Positions 26,764-36,087 are shown, counted from the stretch's first letter. The stretch: 42,630 nucleotides of DNA from Bacteroidia bacterium (GCA_033578305.1 JAVQXK010000001.1:1-42630), one strand, 5' to 3'. The notes: generated by a model not told the origin, from the sequence alone. Program-made: numbers and translations.

Positions 26764-28527
26764 CTAAATGTTTTTTTTTACATCATTTTTTATTGTGTAT
26801 TGGGAACGATTGTTAAATAAAAAATTAAAAATTGTAGGAACATCTATTACTAAACAAACATTGCCATTCCCTAAGATAGTAGCTCCACTAATAAACATAG
26901 TTTCCCTTAAGGGGGCTTTTAATGGCTTTTCTATAATTTCCTTTTGGTGCAATAATTTATCTACCACTAAACCTACCTTACGAACACTGTCATAGATTAT
27001 AATAATTAAAACCTTCTCACTGGGTGAAAGGTTTTGCCGACTTTGAACAAAATTACGAGTGTGTAAATTTTCTTTTGCCAGCAAATCTTTAAGAAAAACT
27101 ACAGGAACGCTTTTTCCCAAATGAATAATCACTAAACCCGAGCCTGCGGCAAGTAATTGCTCTGCGGTTTTTGCCACAACGGCTTCAGTGTAATGAATAG
27201 GTAAGGCAAAAGTTTGTTGATTAAGTTCAAACAAAAGTGCAGGTTTTACTGCCATAGAAGCAGGTAAATGCAAGCGAACACTCGTACCTTCGTCAGGTTG
27301 AGTAACAATACTTACCTTTCCGCCTACACTTTCTACGGTGCGTTTCACTACATCCATTCCTATACCTCGCCCTGACACTTCGGTAATTTTTTCGGCACTA
27401 GAAAATCCTGATTCAAAAATAAAACTCATAACCTCCTCCTCACTCAATGCGTTGAGGGCTTGTGTGGGCAAAAGTTTTTTTTCTATAATTTTCGCTTTAA
27501 TTTTAGCAATGTCAATACCTTTGCCATCGTCTGTAACTTCAATTGTAACGGTATTTTTTTCAGAAGTAGCTTTGAGTAACACTACCCCCGTGGATTTTTT
27601 ACCTTTCCGCTTACGAATTTCAGGGCTTTCTATCCCATGGCTTACTGCATTTCGGACCAAATGCACCATGCTATCACTAATAATTTGCAAAATATTGCGG
27701 TCTATTTCTATCTCTGTACCTTCTAAAATCAAATCAACTTCTTTGCCTTCTAACTGAGCTATATCACGCACTATACGGTAAAATTTTTGAAATAAAACAT
27801 TCATTTGTACCAATCTTACTCCCATAACTGAATATTGTAAATCGGAAGTAATACGCTGCAAGCGTGAGAGTTTACCCTTCAAAATTTGATTTTCTTCATA
27901 TTCAGCAAGAGTAAGTATATAGTCCTTTTCAATACTTAACTCCTCTACCAAATTGAGCAAATTATCCAACTTTTTTACAGGCACAGTAATCATTTCTGCC
28001 TGCAAAGTAGGCATGGCTAACGACTTACTTTCATTGCTTGGCATTTCAACAGCTACCTCTTCTGCTTCTGGCAAATCTTCTTTTTCGATCTTTTCAAGGG
28101 CAATTTTTTCGGTTATAGGACTAATTTTTTCGCTTGTATTTTCGTTTTCTTGTTGTAATTCTCTTAAAATCACTTTCAAGCGGGTAGTTAGCCCTTTATA
28201 ATTTACGGTTGCTTGCGTTTGAATAGCATCAATCAATTCGCCAATTTTATCATTTGCTCTAAAAAGGTCATTAAAGATTTGTGTATTAAGTTTTTGCGTA
28301 TTTTTCTTTATCACACTAAAGATATCCTCTATCAGGTGTGCCATTTCTGCAATTGGTTCAAAGCCCATAGCTGCAGCGTTAGCCTTAAGGGTATGCATAA
28401 GCCGAAAAATCGCCTCAATAAGGCTCACATCCTGCGGTTTTTTTTCCAAAGAAGTAAATAATTGGTTTAGTTGCTCTCGCTGTTGATGAGCTTCTGCCAA
28501 AAAAATATTTTTTAGTTCTTCGTTCAT
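26764..28527 (-). CDS. cheA: Chemotaxis histidine kinase CheA (HPt, dimerisation, HATPase and C-terminal CheW-like domains; no P2 domain apparent)
   Basis: HPt region with the phospho-His context LMHTLKANAAAMG. HATPase_c motifs (HLVRNAVSHGIE, DDGKGID, GRGIGMDVV). The C-terminal segment has CheW-like character. Confidence 0.85.
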   Translation of the reverse strand: MNEELKNIFLAEAHQQREQLNQLFTSLEKKPQDVSLIEAIFRLMHTLKANAAAMGFEPIAEMAHLIEDIFSVIKKNTQKLNTQIFNDLFRANDKIGELIDAIQTQATVNYKGLTTRLKVILRELQQENENTSEKISPITEKIALEKIEKEDLPEAEEVAVEMPSNESKSLAMPTLQAEMITVPVKKLDNLLNLVEELSIEKDYILTLAEYEENQILKGKLSRLQRITSDLQYSVMGVRLVQMNVLFQKFYRIVRDIAQLEGKEVDLILEGTEIEIDRNILQIISDSMVHLVRNAVSHGIESPEIRKRKGKKSTGVVLLKATSEKNTVTIEVTDDGKGIDIAKIKAKIIEKKLLPTQALNALSEEEVMSFIFESGFSSAEKITEVSGRGIGMDVVKRTVESVGGKVSIVTQPDEGTSVRLHLPASMAVKPALLFELNQQTFALPIHYTEAVVAKTAEQLLAAGSGLVIIHLGKSVPVVFLKDLLAKENLHTRNFVQSRQNLSPSEKVLIIIIYDSVRKVGLVVDKLLHQKEIIEKPLKAPLRETMFISGATILGNGNVCLVIDVPTIFNFLFNNRSQYTIKNDVKKNI

Positions 28528-28908
28528 ATGCTACGCAATCAGTTAGATAGCAAAGCTACAAAGAAATGTAAAAAAAGGGGAAAAATTTACCACTTTTTTA
28601 GCTTATGCTAAAAGTAGCAACTAATGTTCAATTTCAAGGATACTTTTATCTTTTAGAAGTTTCTAAAACTCCTTTTTGCTTCGGCTTAAAGCGTTTAGGG
28701 AGGTTTACAAGAATTTGCTTACGGTTTTAACACTTTGTCAAATATTTCGGCTTACTCTTTTAGTCTCCATACTTTTTGTTCTTTTTTTGAATACCTTACT
28801 AAAAAAAACTATTTTTGCACTAGCAAAACAAAGACACCTTTTATGCAGTTTTTCTTGTAGACTAAATATTATTCTAAATATTCCCACTTCTTCACAAAAC
28901 ACAAAGAT

Positions 28909-29406
28909 ATGAAACTAACCAACCGAAGTAAACAGGTAAGTAACAAAAAAATGACCTTAGCTGAAAAAATTTACTTACCTGCTATTGTAAACGGATTAGG
29001 AATTACAATAAAGCATTTGTTTAAGAAAAAAGCCACTATTCAATATCCTGAACAGCAACGCCCTATGAGCCAAACCTTTCGAGGCTTGCATGTTCTCAAA
29101 CGTGATGAAGAGGGCAGAGAAAGATGTACTGCCTGTGGCTTGTGTGCTTTAGCCTGCCCTGCAGAAGCAATTACAATGGTTGCCGCAGAGCGTAAACCCG
29201 GCGAAGAGCACCTATACCGAGAGGAGAAGTATGCTGCTGTATATGAAATCAACATGTTACGTTGTATCTTCTGTGGCTTGTGCGAAGAAGCCTGCCCCAA
29301 AGAGGCTATATTTTTGCAAAACAACAAAATGGCACCTGCCTTCTACGAACGCGGTGATGTAATCTACGGAAAAGATAAATTACTAGAACCTATGCCCAAC
29401 AAGTAA
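28909..29406 (+). CDS. nuoI: NADH-quinone oxidoreductase subunit I (2x[4Fe-4S] ferredoxin)
   Basis: Two CxxCxxCxxxCP motifs (CTACGLCALACP, CIFCGLCEEACP) in a protein of NuoI size. A possible alternative start lies at M 28951. It stands alone on the + strand. Confidence 0.85.
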   Translation: MKLTNRSKQVSNKKMTLAEKIYLPAIVNGLGITIKHLFKKKATIQYPEQQRPMSQTFRGLHVLKRDEEGRERCTACGLCALACPAEAITMVAAERKPGEEHLYREEKYAAVYEINMLRCIFCGLCEEACPKEAIFLQNNKMAPAFYERGDVIYGKDKLLEPMPNK

Positions 29407-29644
29407 AAATTATATAAAGTGTAACAAGCTCTTATTCAAAGAGATCTTGCATGTATTTGAATAAAAAATAAACATACATCAGCCTACTTTTCAGTAAATA
29501 AAAACTACGATTTGATATTGAATTTGCACCTTAAATATGGGTGCATTTTTTTCTTGCTTTTCAAGCATAAATAAAAAATTGTGTATTTTAGCACCCCAAA
29601 AACTATCTTTTCTGATTGAAACCAACACTAAAGTACACATACTC

Positions 29645-31585
29645 ATGGCACAAAATCGTGTAATTATAGAAAACGTACAACCCGAAATTGACGGCGGAAA
29701 GTACCCTGCCAAACGCGTAGTAGGGCAAATTGTAAAAGTAACTGCAGATATTTTTGCTGATGGACACGACGTTATAGCCGCAGAAGTCGCCTATAAACAT
29801 GAAAAAGAAAAAGCCTGGAAACGCAACTCTTTTACTCATTTAGGAAATGACGCTTGGGTAAGCGAATTTAAGGTAGAAAAACAAGGCTACTATGAATTTA
29901 AAATTGAAGGTTGGATTGACCATGCCCTTACTTGGCAACATAATATAGAACGAAAAATTAACGATAAGCAATTTGTTAATATAGAACTTTTAGACGGTAT
30001 TCAATATTTAGAGTCTCTTATTGAAAAAGTAACCAAAGCCGAAGGTAAGTATTTACAACATTTGGTAGATTTGTTTAGAGATAGTGAAAAATACCATGAA
30101 GCCATCAAAGAAGCTCTCTCTCCTCAACTACGCGAAATCTTTGAAAAATATCCACAAAGAAAATTTACCACTACCTACGACAAAGTGCTTCGCGTATATG
30201 TAGACAGAAAAAAAGCCCTCTTCTCTGCCTGGTATGAATTCTTTCCACGTTCCACAGGCGAGCATGGAAGGCATGGCACTTTTAAGGATTGCCACAAAAT
30301 TATCCCACGCATTGCAGCTATGGGCTTCGATACCATTTATTTCCCACCTATTCACCCTATCGGTTCAGATTTCAAAAAAGGGAAAAATAATTCGCTTAAT
30401 GCTTCTCCTGAAGACGTAGGCTCTTGTTGGGCAATAGGAAATGTAGAAGGAGGGCACAAAGATATTCTACCTGCCTTGGGTACCTTGGAGGATTTCAAGG
30501 AATTAATCAAGTATTGTGAAAGCTACGGCATTGAAATAGCTATGGATTACGCTCTGCAATGCTCTCCTAATCACCCTTATGTAAAACAATATCCACAATG
30601 GTTCAAATGGCGACCCGACGGCACAGTGCAATATGCTGAAAACCCTCCTAAAAAATACCAAGATATTTTACCTATCAATTTTGAAACCGACGACTGGAAA
30701 AACCTCTGGAACGAACTTTTGAGTATCTTATTTTACTGGATTGAGGTCGGTATTAAGATTTTCAGAGTAGATAACCCACATACCAAATCGTTTAGATTTT
30801 GGGAATGGGCAATCTCAGAAGTAAAAAAGAAGTACCCCGATGTAATATTTCTCTCTGAAGCCTTCACGCGACCCAAAGTCATGCACATGTTAGCCAAATT
30901 AGGATTTACACAATCTTACACTTACTACACTTGGCGAAATACTAAATACGAACTTTCACAATACATGACCGAGCTTACCAAGGGTGAAGGAAAAGAATAT
31001 TTTAGACCCAACTTCTGGCCTAATACCCCTGACATCAACCCTTACATCTTGCAAAGCGGAAACGAAACCCTGTTCATGACGCGCTATTTCATGGCAGCTA
31101 CGCTCAGCTCTAACTATGGCATATACGGTCCTGTTTACGAGCTCGGTATCCACACACCTATACCAGGCAAAGAGGAATACCTTGACTCCGAGAAATACGA
31201 AATCAAACAATGGGATTGGGATAAGAAAACACGTATATCAGAATTGATAACCTTAGTAAACAAAATTCGCAAAGAAAATCCCGCTTTTCATGACACAAAT
31301 AATCTGGAACTCTGCCGTATTGATAATGACCAGATTCTAGCATATTTTAAGTATGACCACGAGTCCCAAAATTATATTCTTTGCGTAGTAAACCTGGATC
31401 CTTACAACACCCAATCGGGTTGGGTACAAGTGCCTCTATACCTCATGGGTATCAGCGAAGGGCACCAGCTATGCATGCACGATTTACTTACAGGCAATAA
31501 ATACATTTGGGAACGTGAATGGAACTACGTAGAACTCAACCCAAGGTATGTACCTTTTCATTTATTCAAAATTGAGCTAAGATAA
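29645..31585 (+). CDS. glgE: Alpha-1,4-glucan:maltose-1-phosphate maltosyltransferase (GH13_3)
   Basis: Motifs FRVDNPH, DTIYFPPIHPIG, MDYALQCSPNHPYV..YPQWF, and the N-terminal VQPEIDGGKYPAKRVVG domain typical of GlgE. Start taken at MAQNRV (29645) rather than the ORF-track start 29537. TTTGCACC box at 29523-29530. Confidence 0.75.
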   Translation: MAQNRVIIENVQPEIDGGKYPAKRVVGQIVKVTADIFADGHDVIAAEVAYKHEKEKAWKRNSFTHLGNDAWVSEFKVEKQGYYEFKIEGWIDHALTWQHNIERKINDKQFVNIELLDGIQYLESLIEKVTKAEGKYLQHLVDLFRDSEKYHEAIKEALSPQLREIFEKYPQRKFTTTYDKVLRVYVDRKKALFSAWYEFFPRSTGEHGRHGTFKDCHKIIPRIAAMGFDTIYFPPIHPIGSDFKKGKNNSLNASPEDVGSCWAIGNVEGGHKDILPALGTLEDFKELIKYCESYGIEIAMDYALQCSPNHPYVKQYPQWFKWRPDGTVQYAENPPKKYQDILPINFETDDWKNLWNELLSILFYWIEVGIKIFRVDNPHTKSFRFWEWAISEVKKKYPDVIFLSEAFTRPKVMHMLAKLGFTQSYTYYTWRNTKYELSQYMTELTKGEGKEYFRPNFWPNTPDINPYILQSGNETLFMTRYFMAATLSSNYGIYGPVYELGIHTPIPGKEEYLDSEKYEIKQWDWDKKTRISELITLVNKIRKENPAFHDTNNLELCRIDNDQILAYFKYDHESQNYILCVVNLDPYNTQSGWVQVPLYLMGISEGHQLCMHDLLTGNKYIWEREWNYVELNPRYVPFHLFKIELR

Positions 31586-31796
31586 TTTTACACAAACCTC
31601 CTCTATCCTCAAAATTTAGAGTTTGTGAACAGAGAAAACCCTCATTTACGAGCTGACATCTTTCAAAATCAACCCCTCATAAAGAGGCCTCTGTTCATAA
31701 ACTCTAATGTGTTCAAGCAAAGGGCAAGACAAAAATCCTACATCATTTTTTTTTCGCATATTTGTAGATACATTTGCCCTTATTTAAAAAAGCTAT

Positions 31797-33893
31797 ATGA
31801 AAATTCATTTTTTCTTACCTCGTTTGATTTATCTAATCTTATTGCTCTTCTGGATAGTCAATACTTTTGTTCTTGCACAAAAGTTAAAAGACGAACTACT
31901 TACACCACAAAATATTCAAGACGATTTGAAAGCCCTCAAATACATTATTCAACGGTATCACATTCAGCCAAGAAAATTTAACGATAGCTTATCCAAAGAC
32001 ATTTTTCACAAATTCCTAACTTACGTTACACACAACGAAGCTTTTTTTACAAAAAAAGAATACGAGCAATTAGCCCAATACCAAACCTATTTAGATAACG
32101 AACTACACGGCGAAGAAGTAAAATTTTTACCCATGTTTCTACCTCTATTTAAGAACAAAGTTGAGCAAACTATTCAACGCATTGAGAAAATCTCTCAAAA
32201 CCCTTTCCAATTTACTAAAAATCAAACCTTTGAACCCGAGACCGACCAAATACGTTACTACCTTGAAGACGAGATAGCTATCCAACAATTTTGGGAAAGC
32301 AAATTAAAATATGCTGCACTACTCAAAATAGCTCAAAAAGTAGGCAAGCAAAATCTTTCGCTTGATAAAATAATCCAACAATACGAATCTACAGCTCGCC
32401 AACAAATCAAGCAGACAGAAATCCGTAAGTTAAACAATTTGCTCAAACACCCCATTGGCTATGACAGGTATATGTTAGCACGTTATCTTCTATCCATCGT
32501 GCTTTGCCAAGATCCTCACTCTTACTATCTTACACAAAGCGAAATGGAAAATCTAATGCAGGAAGTTGCAGATAAAAAAGCCTCTTTCGGGCTAAAATTA
32601 GCTGAAAATGCACAAGGGGAAGTTTATATAGAGCAACTTGTCCCAGGTGGAAGTGCCTGGAAAACCAATGAATTACATAAAGGCGACATTTTAGTAGAAA
32701 TACAACTTGCAGGAAAAGAAAGAATAGAAGTACTACCATACAGCTTGCAAGAAATAAATGAATTACTAGAAACTGAAAATACAACTCTTTTTCTTACAGT
32801 ACAAAAAGCCAACAAAACCCTCAAAACGGTTAGCCTCTCTAAAAGTATCATTAAAAGAGATGAGGAGAACCTAGTAAAAAGTTTCATCATTGAAGGTGAA
32901 AGACGAGTCGGATATATCGCTCTTCCAGGTTTTTATACCAATTATGAAGTTGAGCAAAGTAAAGGTTGTGCAAATGATGTTGCTAAAGAAATTCTAAAAA
33001 TGAAGCAAGAAAATATTGAAGGGCTTATCCTTGATCTTCGCTTCAACGGTGGCGGCTCTCTCATAGAAGGTGTAGAACTAGCAGGTATTTTTATTGACGA
33101 GGGAGCTTTAACTATCATTACACAAAAAGATAGTAAACCTACAATTCTAAAAGATATGAATCGCGGCACAGTCTATGACGGCAAACTACTAGTTATGGTG
33201 AACCGTGCAAGTGCCTCTGCTTCAGAAATGTTAGCAGCTGTTCTGCAGGATTATAATCGTGCTTTAATCGTAGGTACAAATACTTTCGGTAAAGCCACAG
33301 GGCAACGACCTTTCCCTGTAGTAGCTCCTGACAAAGAGTTCAAGAAAATCAATTTACATTTTGCTTACCTCAGCCATGTCAAGCTTTATCGTATTACAGG
33401 CAAAACCACCCAACTCGTAGGCGTACAGCCTGATATTGAAATCCCTGACAATCTCTCTCCACAAAACTATTCAGAGGCAAGTTATGATTTTGCCCTTCCT
33501 GCAGATAGTATAGATAAAAAGGTAATTTTCAAGCCTTTACCTGCTTTGCCAAAAGCTAAACTTCTTGCTAAACATAAGCAAAGAATGAGTCGCCCTATTA
33601 GCCCTATTAACCAAACCTTACAAGAAGTAGCTCAAAATACTAATAAACAACCCAAAACCATCCCCCTAGATTTAGCCGCTTTTTTGAAATGGTACCAACA
33701 AAGCCATGAAGAAACAGCAAAACCACTACCCAACAATGCATTTTTAAGTTTACGAAATTTGAAAGCTAATGAAACGATATTAGCCATTGACGAGTTTGGA
33801 AGAGAAACTACACAAAAGCTAATCAACAAATTAAACCACGATGCTCACCTTGCCGAAAGTTATCAAATCTTATTAGATTGGATAAATGAATAA
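31797..33893 (+). CDS. S41-family C-terminal processing peptidase (tail-specific protease-like), exported
   Basis: Signal peptide. PDZ-like segment (VYIEQLVPGGSAWKTNELHKGDILVEI). S41 core: GYIALPGFY, DLRFNGGGSL, SASASEM with the catalytic Ser, and GKATGQ with the catalytic Lys. Confidence 0.8.
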   Translation: MKIHFFLPRLIYLILLLFWIVNTFVLAQKLKDELLTPQNIQDDLKALKYIIQRYHIQPRKFNDSLSKDIFHKFLTYVTHNEAFFTKKEYEQLAQYQTYLDNELHGEEVKFLPMFLPLFKNKVEQTIQRIEKISQNPFQFTKNQTFEPETDQIRYYLEDEIAIQQFWESKLKYAALLKIAQKVGKQNLSLDKIIQQYESTARQQIKQTEIRKLNNLLKHPIGYDRYMLARYLLSIVLCQDPHSYYLTQSEMENLMQEVADKKASFGLKLAENAQGEVYIEQLVPGGSAWKTNELHKGDILVEIQLAGKERIEVLPYSLQEINELLETENTTLFLTVQKANKTLKTVSLSKSIIKRDEENLVKSFIIEGERRVGYIALPGFYTNYEVEQSKGCANDVAKEILKMKQENIEGLILDLRFNGGGSLIEGVELAGIFIDEGALTIITQKDSKPTILKDMNRGTVYDGKLLVMVNRASASASEMLAAVLQDYNRALIVGTNTFGKATGQRPFPVVAPDKEFKKINLHFAYLSHVKLYRITGKTTQLVGVQPDIEIPDNLSPQNYSEASYDFALPADSIDKKVIFKPLPALPKAKLLAKHKQRMSRPISPINQTLQEVAQNTNKQPKTIPLDLAAFLKWYQQSHEETAKPLPNNAFLSLRNLKANETILAIDEFGRETTQKLINKLNHDAHLAESYQILLDWINE

Positions 33894-33901
33894 AAAGACA
33901 A

Positions 33902-33938
33902 AACCTATAAAGTTAGCCAAAACTTTATAGGTTTTTTT
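33902..33938. terminator. Bidirectional intrinsic terminator between the convergent S41 peptidase and T9SS cargo genes
   Basis: AACCTATAAAGT-TAGCCAAA-ACTTTATAGGTT (12-bp perfect stem) followed by TTTTT on the + strand and a T-rich tract on the - strand. Confidence 0.8.
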
Positions 33939-33965
33939 AGAATAAATCAAAACAAATGATTATCC

Positions 33966-35864
33966 TTAAAATACTACAAAGCGCTCTATCCAAACCTGTT
34001 CCTGACTTTGAACTTTAATTAAATACATACCTTTTGGCAAATTATTTAACAAAATTTCAAATCTATCACCCTCAAAATAAGCAGTTTCTACCAATACATT
34101 ACTCATGTTATAGATGCTTACTTCTTTTCGTAAATTTCGGCTCTGCCTATCGTGAACTATAATCTTGTCAGTGGTAGGATTAGGATATATCTCAAAATCA
34201 GCCGTTTGTAGATTTTCTACCTGCAATACTTCCCAAGAAGAGAAATCCACTGAACCATCAGTATTAACAATTTTTATCCTATAATATTGCGTACCTACCT
34301 GCAGATTTCTATCTGTGAAGCTATACTTTTGCGTAGGGGTAATATTGCCTTCGGCTATCACCTTACCAAAGTTTTCAATTGTTTCTAAATCATAGCTTTT
34401 TTGAACTTCAAAATGACTCACATTTTTGTCTGAACGAGCAGCCCACTGCAAAAGAGCAGTATGATTACTTTGCTGAACCTTAAAATAAGCTAATTCAATT
34501 GGCAAAGGATCTGAAGAAAGTACTAAATGACAATTAACTATGCTACAAGATCCTCCTGCAGTTCCTGTTGAACTACATGAACCATTACAATCCAATCCTG
34601 GATTACCAGGATTGCTTGTTATAATCATATTAGCAGGAACAGGGGTTGTCAATATAATAGCTCCTAAACCACCTCCTCCCCCGCCTCCATGAACAACACT
34701 ATGAACTACATTACCTCCATTTCCACCATTTACACGTACATATAAAGGATTAGCTGCACAAGGTAAATTATAATTATTCACACGTAAAACAACTACTCCA
34801 CCAGCTCCACCACCGCCACCTGCATCAAAACCTGTGGAATGTTCACCAGGGTTACCACTAGCGTCTATGCTATAGCTCGTGGTGCAAGTTGGAGGAATAG
34901 CTAATGTGTTAGCACTAATGAAAATAATACCTCCACCATTGCCACCATTCCCTCCCATACTATTATTTTGTTGACCACCACCACCACCGCCGCCCAAAAA
35001 TAAGCGTTTGGCAGGTGAACTATAATAAGTTTGTAAAGAGATGCCTCCTACCCCTCCATACAAGCCTGATGTACTAAAACCGCAGGCACCATTCCAACCA
35101 TTTCCACCTCTACCTCCTGAAGTGTAGTTTCCACCGCCGCCACCGCCACCATTATGGTCATTTCCACCACCGCCACCATTTACCAAAGCACCTTTGGCAT
35201 ACATATCAGAGGTATAAGCAGTTATACCCTCCCCTTTTTGCCCAAAACCAATATCACTGCTCCTAAATGTAGTTTGGTCAGCACAAGTATTGCGATTGTT
35301 ACTCCTTAAGCCACCCCTAAAACCACGCCCCACAGCAGAGATATTCCCATTCAAAGTAACTGTTCCTGTAGCAGAAAGCACCAATATACCTCCTCTTTCT
35401 AAATTTGTGCTCCAGTCGCGAGCTTGAATACCTGATGCTCCTACAGTCACGTTAGTATATTCAGGTACACTCACAATTTGTACTGAACCACTTACATTGT
35501 ATGTATTCTTTAAAGTCTCTACTTTTATTTGTGAAGAGGTACAAGCACTACAAGATACTACTTTTGTCCACTCAAAAAGTCCTGCACTTTGTATACCATT
35601 CACTACCAAAGTACCATACGTAGCATCGTTAGCTGTATTGATTACTGCTCCTTTCATTTGAATAATCATTATTGTTTTACCTACAGCAAAGTCGGCTGTA
35701 CTCGTACCACCAGTAGGATCTATTACATTGTCAAAAGTAAGTATTTTATTAGGTACATCAATAGCTGTTACCCTTGCATATGTGTTAATAATACCTGATA
35801 TAGTTTGAGAAAAACTCCTACTTAGTGAAATAAAAAGTACAACAAAAAATAGTATTTTTTTCAT
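33966..35864 (-). CDS. Glycine-rich secreted protein with a T9SS C-terminal sorting domain
   Basis: Signal peptide. A central region of about 170 aa is dominated by poly-Gly/Asn tracts (GGGGGNDHNGGGGGGGNYTSGGRGGNGWNG, LFLGGGGGGGQQNNSMGGNGGNGGG, VHGGGGGGGLG). The C-terminus (FEIYPNPTTDKIIVHD...MYLIKVQSQEQVWIERFVVF) resembles a T9SS C-terminal domain. Confidence 0.7.
   Translation of the reverse strand: MKKILFFVVLFISLSRSFSQTISGIINTYARVTAIDVPNKILTFDNVIDPTGGTSTADFAVGKTIMIIQMKGAVINTANDATYGTLVVNGIQSAGLFEWTKVVSCSACTSSQIKVETLKNTYNVSGSVQIVSVPEYTNVTVGASGIQARDWSTNLERGGILVLSATGTVTLNGNISAVGRGFRGGLRSNNRNTCADQTTFRSSDIGFGQKGEGITAYTSDMYAKGALVNGGGGGNDHNGGGGGGGNYTSGGRGGNGWNGACGFSTSGLYGGVGGISLQTYYSSPAKRLFLGGGGGGGQQNNSMGGNGGNGGGIIFISANTLAIPPTCTTSYSIDASGNPGEHSTGFDAGGGGGAGGVVVLRVNNYNLPCAANPLYVRVNGGNGGNVVHSVVHGGGGGGGLGAIILTTPVPANMIITSNPGNPGLDCNGSCSSTGTAGGSCSIVNCHLVLSSDPLPIELAYFKVQQSNHTALLQWAARSDKNVSHFEVQKSYDLETIENFGKVIAEGNITPTQKYSFTDRNLQVGTQYYRIKIVNTDGSVDFSSWEVLQVENLQTADFEIYPNPTTDKIIVHDRQSRNLRKEVSIYNMSNVLVETAYFEGDRFEILLNNLPKGMYLIKVQSQEQVWIERFVVF
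34665..35182 (-). repeat. Low-complexity GGN-codon tracts encoding the poly-Gly region of the T9SS cargo protein
   Basis: The + strand shows repeated CCACCGCCGCCACC-type runs. Homopolymeric codon repeats like these are prone to slippage. Confidence 0.7.
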
Positions 35865-35894
35865 TGCTAACTAGTTTTTTTTAGTAACGTGTGT

Positions 35895-35906
35895 TTATAT
35901 TTGCAC
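35895..35906 (+). promoter_or_regulatory. Promoter-like box TATATTTGCACG with no ORF downstream (identical to the nuoL -7 box)
   Basis: The 15-mer GTTTATATTTGCACG at 35892-35906 equals 10939-10953. No ORF follows on the + strand. It faces the bidirectional terminator at 36054-36087, about 160-180 nt downstream. Confidence 0.35.
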
Positions 35907-36053
35907 GGGTTAGTTTGATTGTATTTATATATGTTTATACGATAAAAGTACAAATGGTAAGCATAAATAATTTCTTAAAAACTTCTTTTTCTTCAAAAAT
36001 TGCTTAAAATGATTACTATTCCTAAATTTTTAACCTTAATTACTTAAACTATG

Positions 36054-36087
36054 AAAAAAAAACTCTTACCTTTCGGTAAGAGTTTTT
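36054..36087. terminator. Bidirectional intrinsic terminator downstream of nuoG
   Basis: An A9 run, then CTCTTACC-TTTC-GGTAAGAG, then TTTTT. On the - strand the hairpin is followed by T9, giving a strong terminator for the nuoH...nuoG transcript. Confidence 0.85.

Noticed and set aside
28676-28912. 78-aa + strand ORF upstream of nuoI
   Set aside because: It lies in the cheA/nuoI divergent promoter region and ends exactly where nuoI begins. The translation looks like translated promoter DNA, with no conserved features.
29040-29362. 95-aa (- strand) and 60-aa (+ strand) ORFs inside nuoI
   Set aside because: They overlap a strongly supported ferredoxin-type CDS. The Cys, Ser and Arg-rich translations are typical of antisense or frameshifted reading of a GC-richer gene.
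31625-31981. 118-aa ORF overlapping the start of the S41 peptidase gene
   Set aside because: It is in a different frame from the peptidase, which begins with a clean signal peptide at 31797, and has no recognisable motif.
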